The position numbers and the translations under genes were made by a program. This document shows positions 1 to 6,774 of a stretch of 12,252 bases of DNA, one piece after another. Position 1 is the first letter of the stretch; every line of letters starts with the position of its first letter. This DNA comes from Fibrobacterota bacterium (GTDB lineage: Bacteria; Fibrobacterota; Fibrobacteria; UBA11236): assembly GCA_043753995.1 (NCBI GenBank), contig JAYUVP010000143.1:1-12252 (forward strand). The letters are read 5' to 3'. The notes below the pieces were generated by a model that made no database searches, had not been told where the DNA came from, and saw only the letters and a list, made by a program, of their open reading frames with translations.

Positions 1-230
1 GTTTTGGCCGAGTCAAGTATGAAGCCCTTGGACGTCGCCATCTTTTTCAAGACAGCCAGCACGTCGCGAAGACCGTCGGTATGCACCCAACCGCCGACCT
101 TATTGTACATAAGGACGCGTTTGACCTTGGTGGCCGATTCCGGTGGTGCGGTCTGACCGAATGCTGCGCCAGCAGTTATGGTCAACCCAAGTGCCAGGGC
201 GCAACCCTGGGCAATCATTGATTTTTTCAT
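1..230 (-). CDS. Secreted ThuA-like domain protein, N-terminal part (runs off the window's left edge)
   Basis: Not in the ORF track; translated by hand from ATG at 230: MKKSMIAQGCALALGLTITAGAAFGQTAPPESATKVKRVLMYNKVGGWVHTDGLRDVLAVLKKMATSKGFILDSAK. Sec-type signal peptide, then RVLMYNKVGGWVH, resembling the ThuA N-terminal 'VLVFSKTxGFRH' motif. Strong SD (AGGGGAGGAG) 5 nt upstream. Confidence 0.75.
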   Translation of the reverse strand, partial: MKKSMIAQGCALALGLTITAGAAFGQTAPPESATKVKRVLMYNKVGGWVHTDGLRDVLAVLKKMATSKGFILDSAK

Positions 231-235
231 TTTAT

Positions 236-245
236 CTCCTCCCCT
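236..245 (-). promoter_or_regulatory. Shine-Dalgarno site for the ThuA-like gene
   Basis: Minus strand reads AGGGGAGGAG-ataaa-ATG(230). Confidence 0.8.
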
Positions 246-252
246 AAATTTT

Positions 253-1626
253 TCAGATTCCGAAATTGAAACGGACCATGTAATACCAATCATCCCATTT
301 TTGGGTGACCGGTTCATAGGTCGGCTTATTGTTAAAGTCGATAGGCCGGAAATGGTCGCTGGCTACTTGCAAGTAAACACCAAGTCCAGAAATGATGTTC
401 TTGTGCAGCCAAAAAGACCACTTGACCTTGTCCCGCATTTTACGCTGGGAGGCAAGGCTATCGACATAATCTTGGCGTGACTTGGTACCCACACCCCCTA
501 TACTACCCGGAATTGGGAAAGTTCGCTGGTAAACTTCTTCAAGAGAATTAGGAAAGTCCGAGTTATAGTACTCGAGCTCGAAGGACATTTTATCCACAAT
601 TTTGAAGGTCGGGAAATTAAAGCCGAACATCAAGGGCATGCGTTTGGTCATTTTGGTGTAGTAAATCGGTTGATTCTCTACCCCCAAAACGGCCATTTCC
701 GCGTAAATCTTCAAATCTTCAGGGTGAAGTAGGTCGGTTTGTATCAGGGCCTGGGGATTGAAGGAGGCTCGTGCCATTACCTTAATGCCTTTAAAAGTGT
801 AGGCATGATTCCCGGCATAGGCCGAATCCTTTAGGAATTCGGTTGTGGTATAAAGAGTATCCTTGCCAGAAGTTGACGATTTATAAGATGCCGAGCGCAA
901 GTCTTCGGGGGTAGTCAAGCTGGGTTTGGCTGGGATATAATGATTGAAGGCCACACCCGCTCCCAACTGAAAGACTTCACTGGGCTTATAAGTCAGCAAA
1001 AGAACCGGGCTTAAATCATAGGTGGGTTCCCAGTCGCGCTCCATATAAAGCATGACTTCAGGAACTAGGGCGCCGTCCATGAGATTGGCCGAAGCCTTGA
1101 CACCCTGCATGAAATAGCCGGCACTGTTTAATATGTACCAGCCTCCGGTTTGAAGATAGCCAGGATAAGTTCCTGAGCGAAACAGGTATTCACCCAAATT
1201 CTTGGAGTCGGGATTGTATTTCTCGAAGAAAAGACCGAATTTGGTTTCAATCAGGGGGTTTTCGACATTGCCGAATTTATACAAGGCCGAGGCCTCTTCT
1301 AGCACGGCGGTAAATTTGGTCATGCGGGTATGAGGACCGGCGGGGTCGACAGGCAAGGAATAAAAGAAAAGGCCACCCACGGCTCCGGTGAGGGTCAAGT
1401 TTTCATTGACGGTTGCGACCTGGGTCAAGGCCACCTTGGAGCGGGTTAAAACTTGTTTTTCGACTTTTTCACCAAAATCGACCTTGCCCTGCCAAATTTG
1501 GCCGGCATCAATCCAGGCGCCAATCTTTGTTGCTTCATGTTTGACATCGACATCGCCATCGGAGGCGAAAGACAGGGTGGCAGCCAATCCACCGGCTAAT
1601 GAAATTCGGCCCAAAAAGTTCAACAT
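253..1626 (-). CDS. Hypothetical exported protein, probable outer-membrane beta-barrel (457 aa)
   Basis: Long ORF (track 253..1713). ATG 1626 is preferred because it has an SD-like AGGTGG upstream and gives a signal peptide (MLNFLGRISLAGGLAATLSFA). Rich in aromatic residues, with many amphipathic beta-like segments and no long TM helices; ends in an alternating aromatic strand, WYYMVRFNFGI. Confidence 0.65.
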   Translation of the reverse strand: MLNFLGRISLAGGLAATLSFASDGDVDVKHEATKIGAWIDAGQIWQGKVDFGEKVEKQVLTRSKVALTQVATVNENLTLTGAVGGLFFYSLPVDPAGPHTRMTKFTAVLEEASALYKFGNVENPLIETKFGLFFEKYNPDSKNLGEYLFRSGTYPGYLQTGGWYILNSAGYFMQGVKASANLMDGALVPEVMLYMERDWEPTYDLSPVLLLTYKPSEVFQLGAGVAFNHYIPAKPSLTTPEDLRSASYKSSTSGKDTLYTTTEFLKDSAYAGNHAYTFKGIKVMARASFNPQALIQTDLLHPEDLKIYAEMAVLGVENQPIYYTKMTKRMPLMFGFNFPTFKIVDKMSFELEYYNSDFPNSLEEVYQRTFPIPGSIGGVGTKSRQDYVDSLASQRKMRDKVKWSFWLHKNIISGLGVYLQVASDHFRPIDFNNKPTYEPVTQKWDDWYYMVRFNFGI

Positions 1627-1811
1627 GTAGACGACCACCTTGTGTATTGGTTTTAGAGACCTTTCCCCAGAATCTAAGGGGACTTCGAAAGAGGGGGGTG
1701 TAATATCCCGCAAATCAATTGTATAAAATCAGCGTAAAGCTGGAGGCTTGCCGCAGATTTTTCTGTTCTCCAGAAGGAAGCAAGCTTGAAAATTAGCCTG
1801 TTTTTCAAATC

Positions 1812-3080
1812 TTAGGGATAGGACGGCCATTTCCAAGGTATGACCACCACCGCCACGAGATAACAGACAAAGACCAAGCCAAACCCGAGCCGGGCATAAT
1901 CGGCGAAGCGATAGCCGCCGACTTTCCAAACCAGAGTATTCGGAGGGGTGCCCACCGGGGTGAGAAAGCTGCAGGATGCGCCGGCGGCAATGGCCATGAG
2001 CAAGGCATGGGGATCGGCTCCGATACCGCGAGCGACCGTGATGGCGATGGGGGAGAGCAAGGCGGCGCAGGCGGTATTCGACAAAAAGGAATTGAGTATT
2101 ACGGTGAGGAAAAAGCCGAGGGTGACCAAGATCCAGGTGGGGGTACCTTGGCCGATACCGGCTTGCAGCCAATCGGCGAGTAGGGCCGCCGCGCCACTGC
2201 GTTCCAATGCCTTCGCCACCGCGAACATTCCGGCGAAGAGAAAAAGTGTGTCCCATTCGATGCTTTCATAGGCCTGCTTGTCGGTGAGGCAGCCAGTGAG
2301 CACGCAAAGCAAGGCACCGACTAAAGCCGCTATTTCCAGGGGTATGGCCTTGATGTCGAAGGCCATCACCACCACCACAGCCAGCAAAATGAGGCCGCTT
2401 ATCCACATTTGCTTGGGCCGCCAAATTCCGGTCGGGGCTTCTGCGCTGATTTCGGCAGGACCTTGGGCCGGCCTTTGAGGCAAAAAGCGCTTACTGGCCC
2501 AGGTCAAATAAACCATGCCCGCAAGCGCCAGGGGAATGCCAACCCAAGCGAATTCGAAAAAGCCGAAGGGACGGTAACCTTGCTGTTTCAATATTTCGGT
2601 GACGATGATATTAGGCGGTGTGCCGATAAGGGTGGAAAACCCGCCATAGCCCGAAGTAAAGGCGAGGGGCATGAGTTGCCGTGACGCAGGAATGCCCGCC
2701 ACCGCGCAGACGCTGATCACCACGGGAATGAGCGCGGCCGTGGTACCGGTATTGGAGGCGAAAGTCGAGAGCACCGCCGCCATGATCATGGTTATCCATA
2801 GCAAACGTTTTTCGCCTCGTCCCAGCTTGCGCACGGCGGTGGCGCCGAGCCACTGGGCCAAGCCCGTGTGAAACAAAGACGAACCCACCACGAACATGCC
2901 GGCGAAAAGCAATAAGGTGGGGTTGGCGAGGGCGGCGTAAAGGTCTTTGTAATCGATGATGCCCACGAAGCAGAGAAGCAAAGCGCCGAGCAAGGAGGCA
3001 ATGGCAGGCGAGCAGGCCTGGGTGGCGAAGAGAATGACCAGGGCGACGAGCACGGCGAGGGTGAAAAGGATGGGAAACAC
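1812..3080 (-). CDS. SLC13/DASS family (Na+:sulfate/dicarboxylate-type) permease without TrkA-C domains
   Basis: Very hydrophobic ~422 aa with two internal halves, each carrying an SNT motif (FASNTGT, FLSNTAC) and a GTPPN motif (IGTPPN, VGTPPN). Start is GTG 3083 or GTG 3080; 3080 is preferred (TAGATT 6 nt upstream). Confidence 0.9.
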   Translation of the reverse strand: MFPILFTLAVLVALVILFATQACSPAIASLLGALLLCFVGIIDYKDLYAALANPTLLLFAGMFVVGSSLFHTGLAQWLGATAVRKLGRGEKRLLWITMIMAAVLSTFASNTGTTAALIPVVISVCAVAGIPASRQLMPLAFTSGYGGFSTLIGTPPNIIVTEILKQQGYRPFGFFEFAWVGIPLALAGMVYLTWASKRFLPQRPAQGPAEISAEAPTGIWRPKQMWISGLILLAVVVVMAFDIKAIPLEIAALVGALLCVLTGCLTDKQAYESIEWDTLFLFAGMFAVAKALERSGAAALLADWLQAGIGQGTPTWILVTLGFFLTVILNSFLSNTACAALLSPIAITVARGIGADPHALLMAIAAGASCSFLTPVGTPPNTLVWKVGGYRFADYARLGFGLVFVCYLVAVVVIPWKWPSYP

Positions 3081-3086
3081 CACCCT

Positions 3087-3092
3087 AATCTA
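3087..3092 (-). promoter_or_regulatory. Putative -10 element (TAGATT), 6 nt before GTG 3080
   Basis: Minus strand ccTAGATT-agggtg-GTG. Confidence 0.45.
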
Positions 3093-3159
3093 GGTCCCCC
3101 TCGGCTCAGAAGGGGCGACCCGGGTATTTACTCACAAGACTTTGCCCGCCGTCCTCATG

Positions 3160-3165
3160 TATAAT
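3160..3165 (+). promoter_or_regulatory. Putative -10 element (TATAAT), 7 nt before ATG 3173
   Basis: Perfect TATAAT-tgcggcg-ATG; no SD present. Confidence 0.6.
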
Positions 3166-3172
3166 TGCGGCG

Positions 3173-3517
3173 ATGTCGGCTTTGCAAAATCGTTTCGCGG
3201 CGAATCTCGCGGTTTTTTGGCTGGGGCTTTGGCCTCTGGAGGCAATGGCCTCCTTGCCCGATGCTGGTGCGAATGCATCTCCGCCCGTGGCGTCTTTCAA
3301 GCCTTGCGCTCTATTGACTCTGGAGATTAGGCCGGTGGGTAGCACCACCTTGCTCGATGGGCAGTGGCTCGATGAAAATGTTTGGATGATTTCTCTGATG
3401 CCCGGCGACCATCGGTTGGAAGTCCGCAAATCGGGTTTTCGAACGCATACGGAAGACCTCGAAGCGAGATCCGGCGAGCGCTTACGCTTGTCGATCACCT
3501 TGGAGAAAGAGCAGTAA
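3173..3517 (+). CDS. Small exported PEGA-domain-like protein (114 aa)
   Basis: Signal-like N-terminus, then LTLEIRPVGSTTLLDGQ...LMPGDHRLEVRKSGF...SGERLRLSITLEK, matching the PEGA pattern 'L.V.S.P.GA.V.LDG....L.PG.H.L.V.K.GY'. Confidence 0.75.
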   Translation: MSALQNRFAANLAVFWLGLWPLEAMASLPDAGANASPPVASFKPCALLTLEIRPVGSTTLLDGQWLDENVWMISLMPGDHRLEVRKSGFRTHTEDLEARSGERLRLSITLEKEQ

Positions 3518-3563
3518 AGGGCCGGAGCTTGGGTCCAGGCGGCTCATTTCCGGGGAGGTTGGC

Positions 3564-3698
3564 ATGAATCGCAATATGCGCATGATGATTTATCTGGTCT
3601 TCGCGGCCATTGTGGTTTTCGTCATGATGGATTGCGCAAGGCGTATGCAGCAGAAGCGCAACCCTGCCGCCGCTTCAGAAGATGTGCCGAAGCCTTAG
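3564..3698 (+). CDS. Small single-pass membrane protein (44 aa)
   Basis: Below the ORF-track cutoff. Hand translation: MNRNMRMMIYLVFAAIVVFVMMDCARRMQQKRNPAAASEDVPKP*. Strong SD GGGGAGG 5 nt upstream; one clear hydrophobic helix flanked by basic residues; fills the gap between two + strand genes. Confidence 0.7.
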   Translation: MNRNMRMMIYLVFAAIVVFVMMDCARRMQQKRNPAAASEDVPKP

Positions 3699-3751
3699 AG
3701 CCCCGATTCGAAATGGCAAGACCCGTTCCACGCATTCGGCGGAGCACCTCT

Positions 3752-3760
3752 TGATATATT
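3752..3760 (+). promoter_or_regulatory. Putative extended -10 element (TGaTATATT), 9 nt before the thiL ATG
   Basis: TG-a-TATATT-cgctagcct-ATG(3770); no SD. Confidence 0.5.
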
Positions 3761-3769
3761 CGCTAGCCT

Positions 3770-4798
3770 ATGAATGCCGTCAAGTCGGGCCCGAAGGCGG
3801 AGCATTTCGCCGACAAGCCTGAATTCTCCTTCATCACCGCCTTGGTCGGAGCCGGCCAATTGCGACGTGACGCCCTGGGGCCTGGCGATGACGCCTGTCT
3901 ATTACCCCAGCCTGATGGCCGCAATCTTTTGGTCTCCACGGATGCTTCGGTGGAAGGCGTGCATTATCGCCTCGACTGGGTGAAGCCGGCCTTGGCCTTG
4001 AGAAAAGCCGTGATGAGCAATCTTTCCGACATCAATGCCATGGGAGGAAAAACCACCCATCTATTCCTGACCTTGGGACTCAGGCCAGATTGGGATAGGT
4101 CGGTGGCAATCGAATTGGGCGAGGAAATGCGAGCCTTGGCGACAGCGCATGAATTTCTCTTTGCAGGTGGCGACACGGTACGCGTGCCTCACGATAGTTT
4201 TTTCGCCATCACGGTCTTAGGAGAAACCAGGGGTCGGCCATTACTGCGGAGCGCAGTAAAACCTGGCCATAAAATTTATGTGAGCGGCTCCCTGGGGACC
4301 TCCGCCGCCGGGCTTCAACTTTTACTGCAAGATTGGCGGCGAGAAGCATGGCCTTTCTCCACAGTTCATCCTCACGGAAGTATTCAGGACCAAGCCATTG
4401 CTGCCCATTTGTCACCGCGTCCGCCTTTAGCCTTGGGGCCGGCTTTGTCCGCTCATCGAGAAGCCGTGGCGGCCATAGACATCAGCGATGGACTGTCCTC
4501 GGAATTGGCCCATCTCAGTCGCCAATCGGGTTGCCGGCTTGTGATAGATTGGAGTAAGCTACCCTATGACCCCGCCCTTTCCGATCTCCTCGGCGCCGAG
4601 CGCCAAGGTGAGGGAGTTTTGCATGGCGGTGAGGAGTATCAATTGTTGTTTGCCGGCCATTTCACCGAAGCGGAGCTTCAAGCCTTGCAAGCTTTAACAT
4701 CTTGCCGTGAAATCGGTTTTGCGGAAGTGGGAGAAGGCGTGGTTTTGCTTTCCTCTGGAACCGAATCGCCGCTGCTGCCGGGAGGGTTCAGCCATTGA
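3770..4798 (+). CDS. thiL: Thiamine-monophosphate kinase
   Basis: ThiL/AIRS-family motifs: EFSFI, GPGDDA, STDASVEGVHY, KAVMSNLSDINAMGG, GGDT, IYVSGSLG, AAIDISDGLSSELAHL, LHGGEEYQLLF, C-terminal GFSH. Confidence 0.95.
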   Translation: MNAVKSGPKAEHFADKPEFSFITALVGAGQLRRDALGPGDDACLLPQPDGRNLLVSTDASVEGVHYRLDWVKPALALRKAVMSNLSDINAMGGKTTHLFLTLGLRPDWDRSVAIELGEEMRALATAHEFLFAGGDTVRVPHDSFFAITVLGETRGRPLLRSAVKPGHKIYVSGSLGTSAAGLQLLLQDWRREAWPFSTVHPHGSIQDQAIAAHLSPRPPLALGPALSAHREAVAAIDISDGLSSELAHLSRQSGCRLVIDWSKLPYDPALSDLLGAERQGEGVLHGGEEYQLLFAGHFTEAELQALQALTSCREIGFAEVGEGVVLLSSGTESPLLPGGFSH

Positions 4799-6765
4799 AC
4801 GCGCCAATACCTCCGAATATGTTCAGCCAACCCCCTCCACCTGTTCAAGGCGCTGAATTCCGTCCCGTGCCCAAGGTGCGCCGCCGGAAAAAGGTCGGCG
4901 AAATTCTTTTGGCCCAGGGTTATATCACGGCGGAGCAATTGGATCAGGCCCTCGATCAACATCAAGCCACCGGCATCAGCCTGGGCACCGTCTTGCTTAA
5001 GCTCGGCTATATCGACGAGGATACTCTCAATTCGGTTTTGGGCAAACAACTTGAATTCGCCTACCGCAAACGCATCGGCGAAATTCTCGTTGAGCACGGA
5101 TATATCACGAATAAACAACTTGAAGAGGGCTTAGCCAAACAAAAAGCTCTCGGTTTACCTCTCGGCAAGACCTTGGTTAAGCTCGGTTTTATCGACGAGA
5201 CCAAAATTCTCGATGTGCTCGCCGCCCAATTGGATTTGCAGCATGTCGTGCTCGAGAATTTCAAATTCGAATCGGCCGTGACCAATCTGATATCCGAGGA
5301 AATGGCCCGCTCCTACCGCGTGGTGCCGCTTTACGAAAAAGAGGGCGTGCTCACCGTCGCCATGGTCGATCCGACCAATTTGCGATCGCTTGATCATATG
5401 AAATTCAAGACGGGCAAGGATGTTGAGCCCGTCATCGCCACCGAGCCTGAAATCATGGCCGCCATTGAGCGCGCCTACAGCAATGCCCAGAACAAGCTGG
5501 CCGATCTCATGGGCAAGGACGAGGACAAGGAACTTGTTCTCACCAAGGACAAAAACGAAGACGACGAAAGTTCACCCTTGGCCGACGAAGAAGGTCGGCA
5601 AATCGTCAAGATCGTCAACCTGCTCATCAGCGAGGCCATACGCCTGGGTGCCAGCGACATCCATTTGGAGCCGCAAGAAAAGAATATGCGCATTCGCTAT
5701 CGCATCGATGGTGAATTGACGGAGCAAAACCCCATTCCTTCCCGGCTCATGGTGCAGGTGATTTCGCGCATGAAGGTGCTCGGCAATATGGATATCGCCG
5801 AAAAGCGCCGGCCTCTCGACGGGCGTGCTCACATTGCCTACAAAGGCAAGGAAGTGGATTTACGCCTTTCCACCTTTCCCGTGCTTTTGCGCAGCCGTGG
5901 CGTCATGGAAAAGATGGTGATTCGAATCATCGATCCCAATCAAGAGGTGGCCAGCCTCGAAAAAGTCGGCTTTGGACCTACGGTGTATCCGTCGGTACAA
6001 AAGCTCGTCGACTTGCCCGATGGCATTATCCTGGTCACTGGCCCCACGGGCTCAGGCAAATCAAGCACCCTTTACGCATTCATCAAGCACCTCAATCAGC
6101 CCGGCGTGAATATCGTCACCATGGAAGATCCCGTGGAAAAAAATATCGCGGGCATATCGCAAGGGCAAATCAACAATTTAGCGGGCTTCACTTTTGCCGC
6201 CGGCATTCGTTCCATCTTGCGCCAAGATCCCGACGTCATCATGTTGGGTGAGATGCGCGATAAAGAGACCTGCGAAATGGCGGTGCAAGCCGCGCTTACG
6301 GGTCACTTAGTTTTTTCGACCTTGCATACCAATGATGCGCCTAGCGCCTTCACTCGCCTACTCGATATGGGCGTCGAACCCTTTCTCATCACCTCTTGCG
6401 TGAAAGGTGTTTTTGCCCAACGTCTCGTACGCCGCATTTGCGAAAAATGTCGGCAGCCCGTGCAATTGCCCGATGTCTTTTTGCAAAATATCGGGGTCCT
6501 GCCGGGGACGACTTTTTATCAGGGCAAGGGCTGCAATGCCTGCAATAATAGTGGGTATCGCGGTCGACTCGCCATCTTTGAATTGATGACACCGGACGAT
6601 CAAATCAATCGCATGGTCATCGAGCGCAAAAGCGCCGAAGAGATTAAGCATTACGCGATTAAAAATTTGGGCATGTCCACCTTGCGCCGCGACGGCTTGG
6701 AAAAAGCCCTAGCTGGCCTCACTACGGTGGAGCAAGTGGTGTCGGTCTCGCAGGCCGAGATGTAA
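4795..6765 (+). CDS. pilB: GspE/PilB-family type II secretion / type IV pilus assembly ATPase with two N-terminal MshEN modules
   Basis: ASDIHLEP, RYRIDG, Walker A GPTGSGKS, Asp box TMEDPVE, LRQDPD plus Walker B VIMLGEMRD, His box TGHLVFSTLHTN, and a tetracysteine Zn motif (CEKC...CNAC). TTG start overlaps the thiL stop (TTGA); alternative ATG at 4819. The pilB versus gspE assignment is not certain. Confidence 0.88.
   Translation: MNAPIPPNMFSQPPPPVQGAEFRPVPKVRRRKKVGEILLAQGYITAEQLDQALDQHQATGISLGTVLLKLGYIDEDTLNSVLGKQLEFAYRKRIGEILVEHGYITNKQLEEGLAKQKALGLPLGKTLVKLGFIDETKILDVLAAQLDLQHVVLENFKFESAVTNLISEEMARSYRVVPLYEKEGVLTVAMVDPTNLRSLDHMKFKTGKDVEPVIATEPEIMAAIERAYSNAQNKLADLMGKDEDKELVLTKDKNEDDESSPLADEEGRQIVKIVNLLISEAIRLGASDIHLEPQEKNMRIRYRIDGELTEQNPIPSRLMVQVISRMKVLGNMDIAEKRRPLDGRAHIAYKGKEVDLRLSTFPVLLRSRGVMEKMVIRIIDPNQEVASLEKVGFGPTVYPSVQKLVDLPDGIILVTGPTGSGKSSTLYAFIKHLNQPGVNIVTMEDPVEKNIAGISQGQINNLAGFTFAAGIRSILRQDPDVIMLGEMRDKETCEMAVQAALTGHLVFSTLHTNDAPSAFTRLLDMGVEPFLITSCVKGVFAQRLVRRICEKCRQPVQLPDVFLQNIGVLPGTTFYQGKGCNACNNSGYRGRLAIFELMTPDDQINRMVIERKSAEEIKHYAIKNLGMSTLRRDGLEKALAGLTTVEQVVSVSQAEM
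4885..5232 (+). repeat. Intragenic tandem duplication, period 180 bp / 60 aa (two MshEN-type domains)
   Basis: aa31-86 RKKVGEILLAQGYITAEQLDQALDQHQATGISLGTVLLKLGYIDEDTLNSVLGKQL versus aa91-146 RKRIGEILVEHGYITNKQLEEGLAKQKALGLPLGKTLVKLGFIDETKILDVLAAQL. DNA similarity at exactly +180: tcggcgaaattct twice, tatatcacg at 4921/5101, ttaagctcgg(ctat/tttt)atcgacgag at 4997/5177. Confidence 0.9.
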
Positions 6766-6768
6766 ATT
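6763..6768 (+). promoter_or_regulatory. Putative -10 element (TAAATT) overlapping the pilB stop codon, 6 nt before GTG 6775
   Basis: TAAATT-gccccg-GTG; no SD. Confidence 0.35.
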
Positions 6769-6774
6769 GCCCCG

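Noticed and set aside
178..480. 100-aa + strand ORF
   Set aside because: Antisense to the barrel and ThuA-like genes; no SD or family signal.
1627..1713. 29-codon N-terminal extension of the barrel ORF from TTG 1713
   Set aside because: It would bury the signal peptide; ATG 1626 has an SD-like site.
1729..3001. Many alternative-frame and antisense ORFs in and around the SLC13 gene
   Set aside because: Expected shadow ORFs of GC-rich coding DNA; Arg/Pro/Ser-rich, with no motifs.
3106..3498. 130-aa minus-strand ORF
   Set aside because: Antisense to the PEGA-like ORF, which has a domain pattern, signal peptide and -10 box.
3699..3769. Possible TPP riboswitch upstream of thiL
   Set aside because: The gap is only about 70 nt and lacks the conserved CUGAGA and CCUGA elements.
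4678..6651. Antisense ORFs within pilB (146, 97, 86, 80 aa and others)
   Set aside because: Mirror frames caused by codon bias of a well-supported gene.
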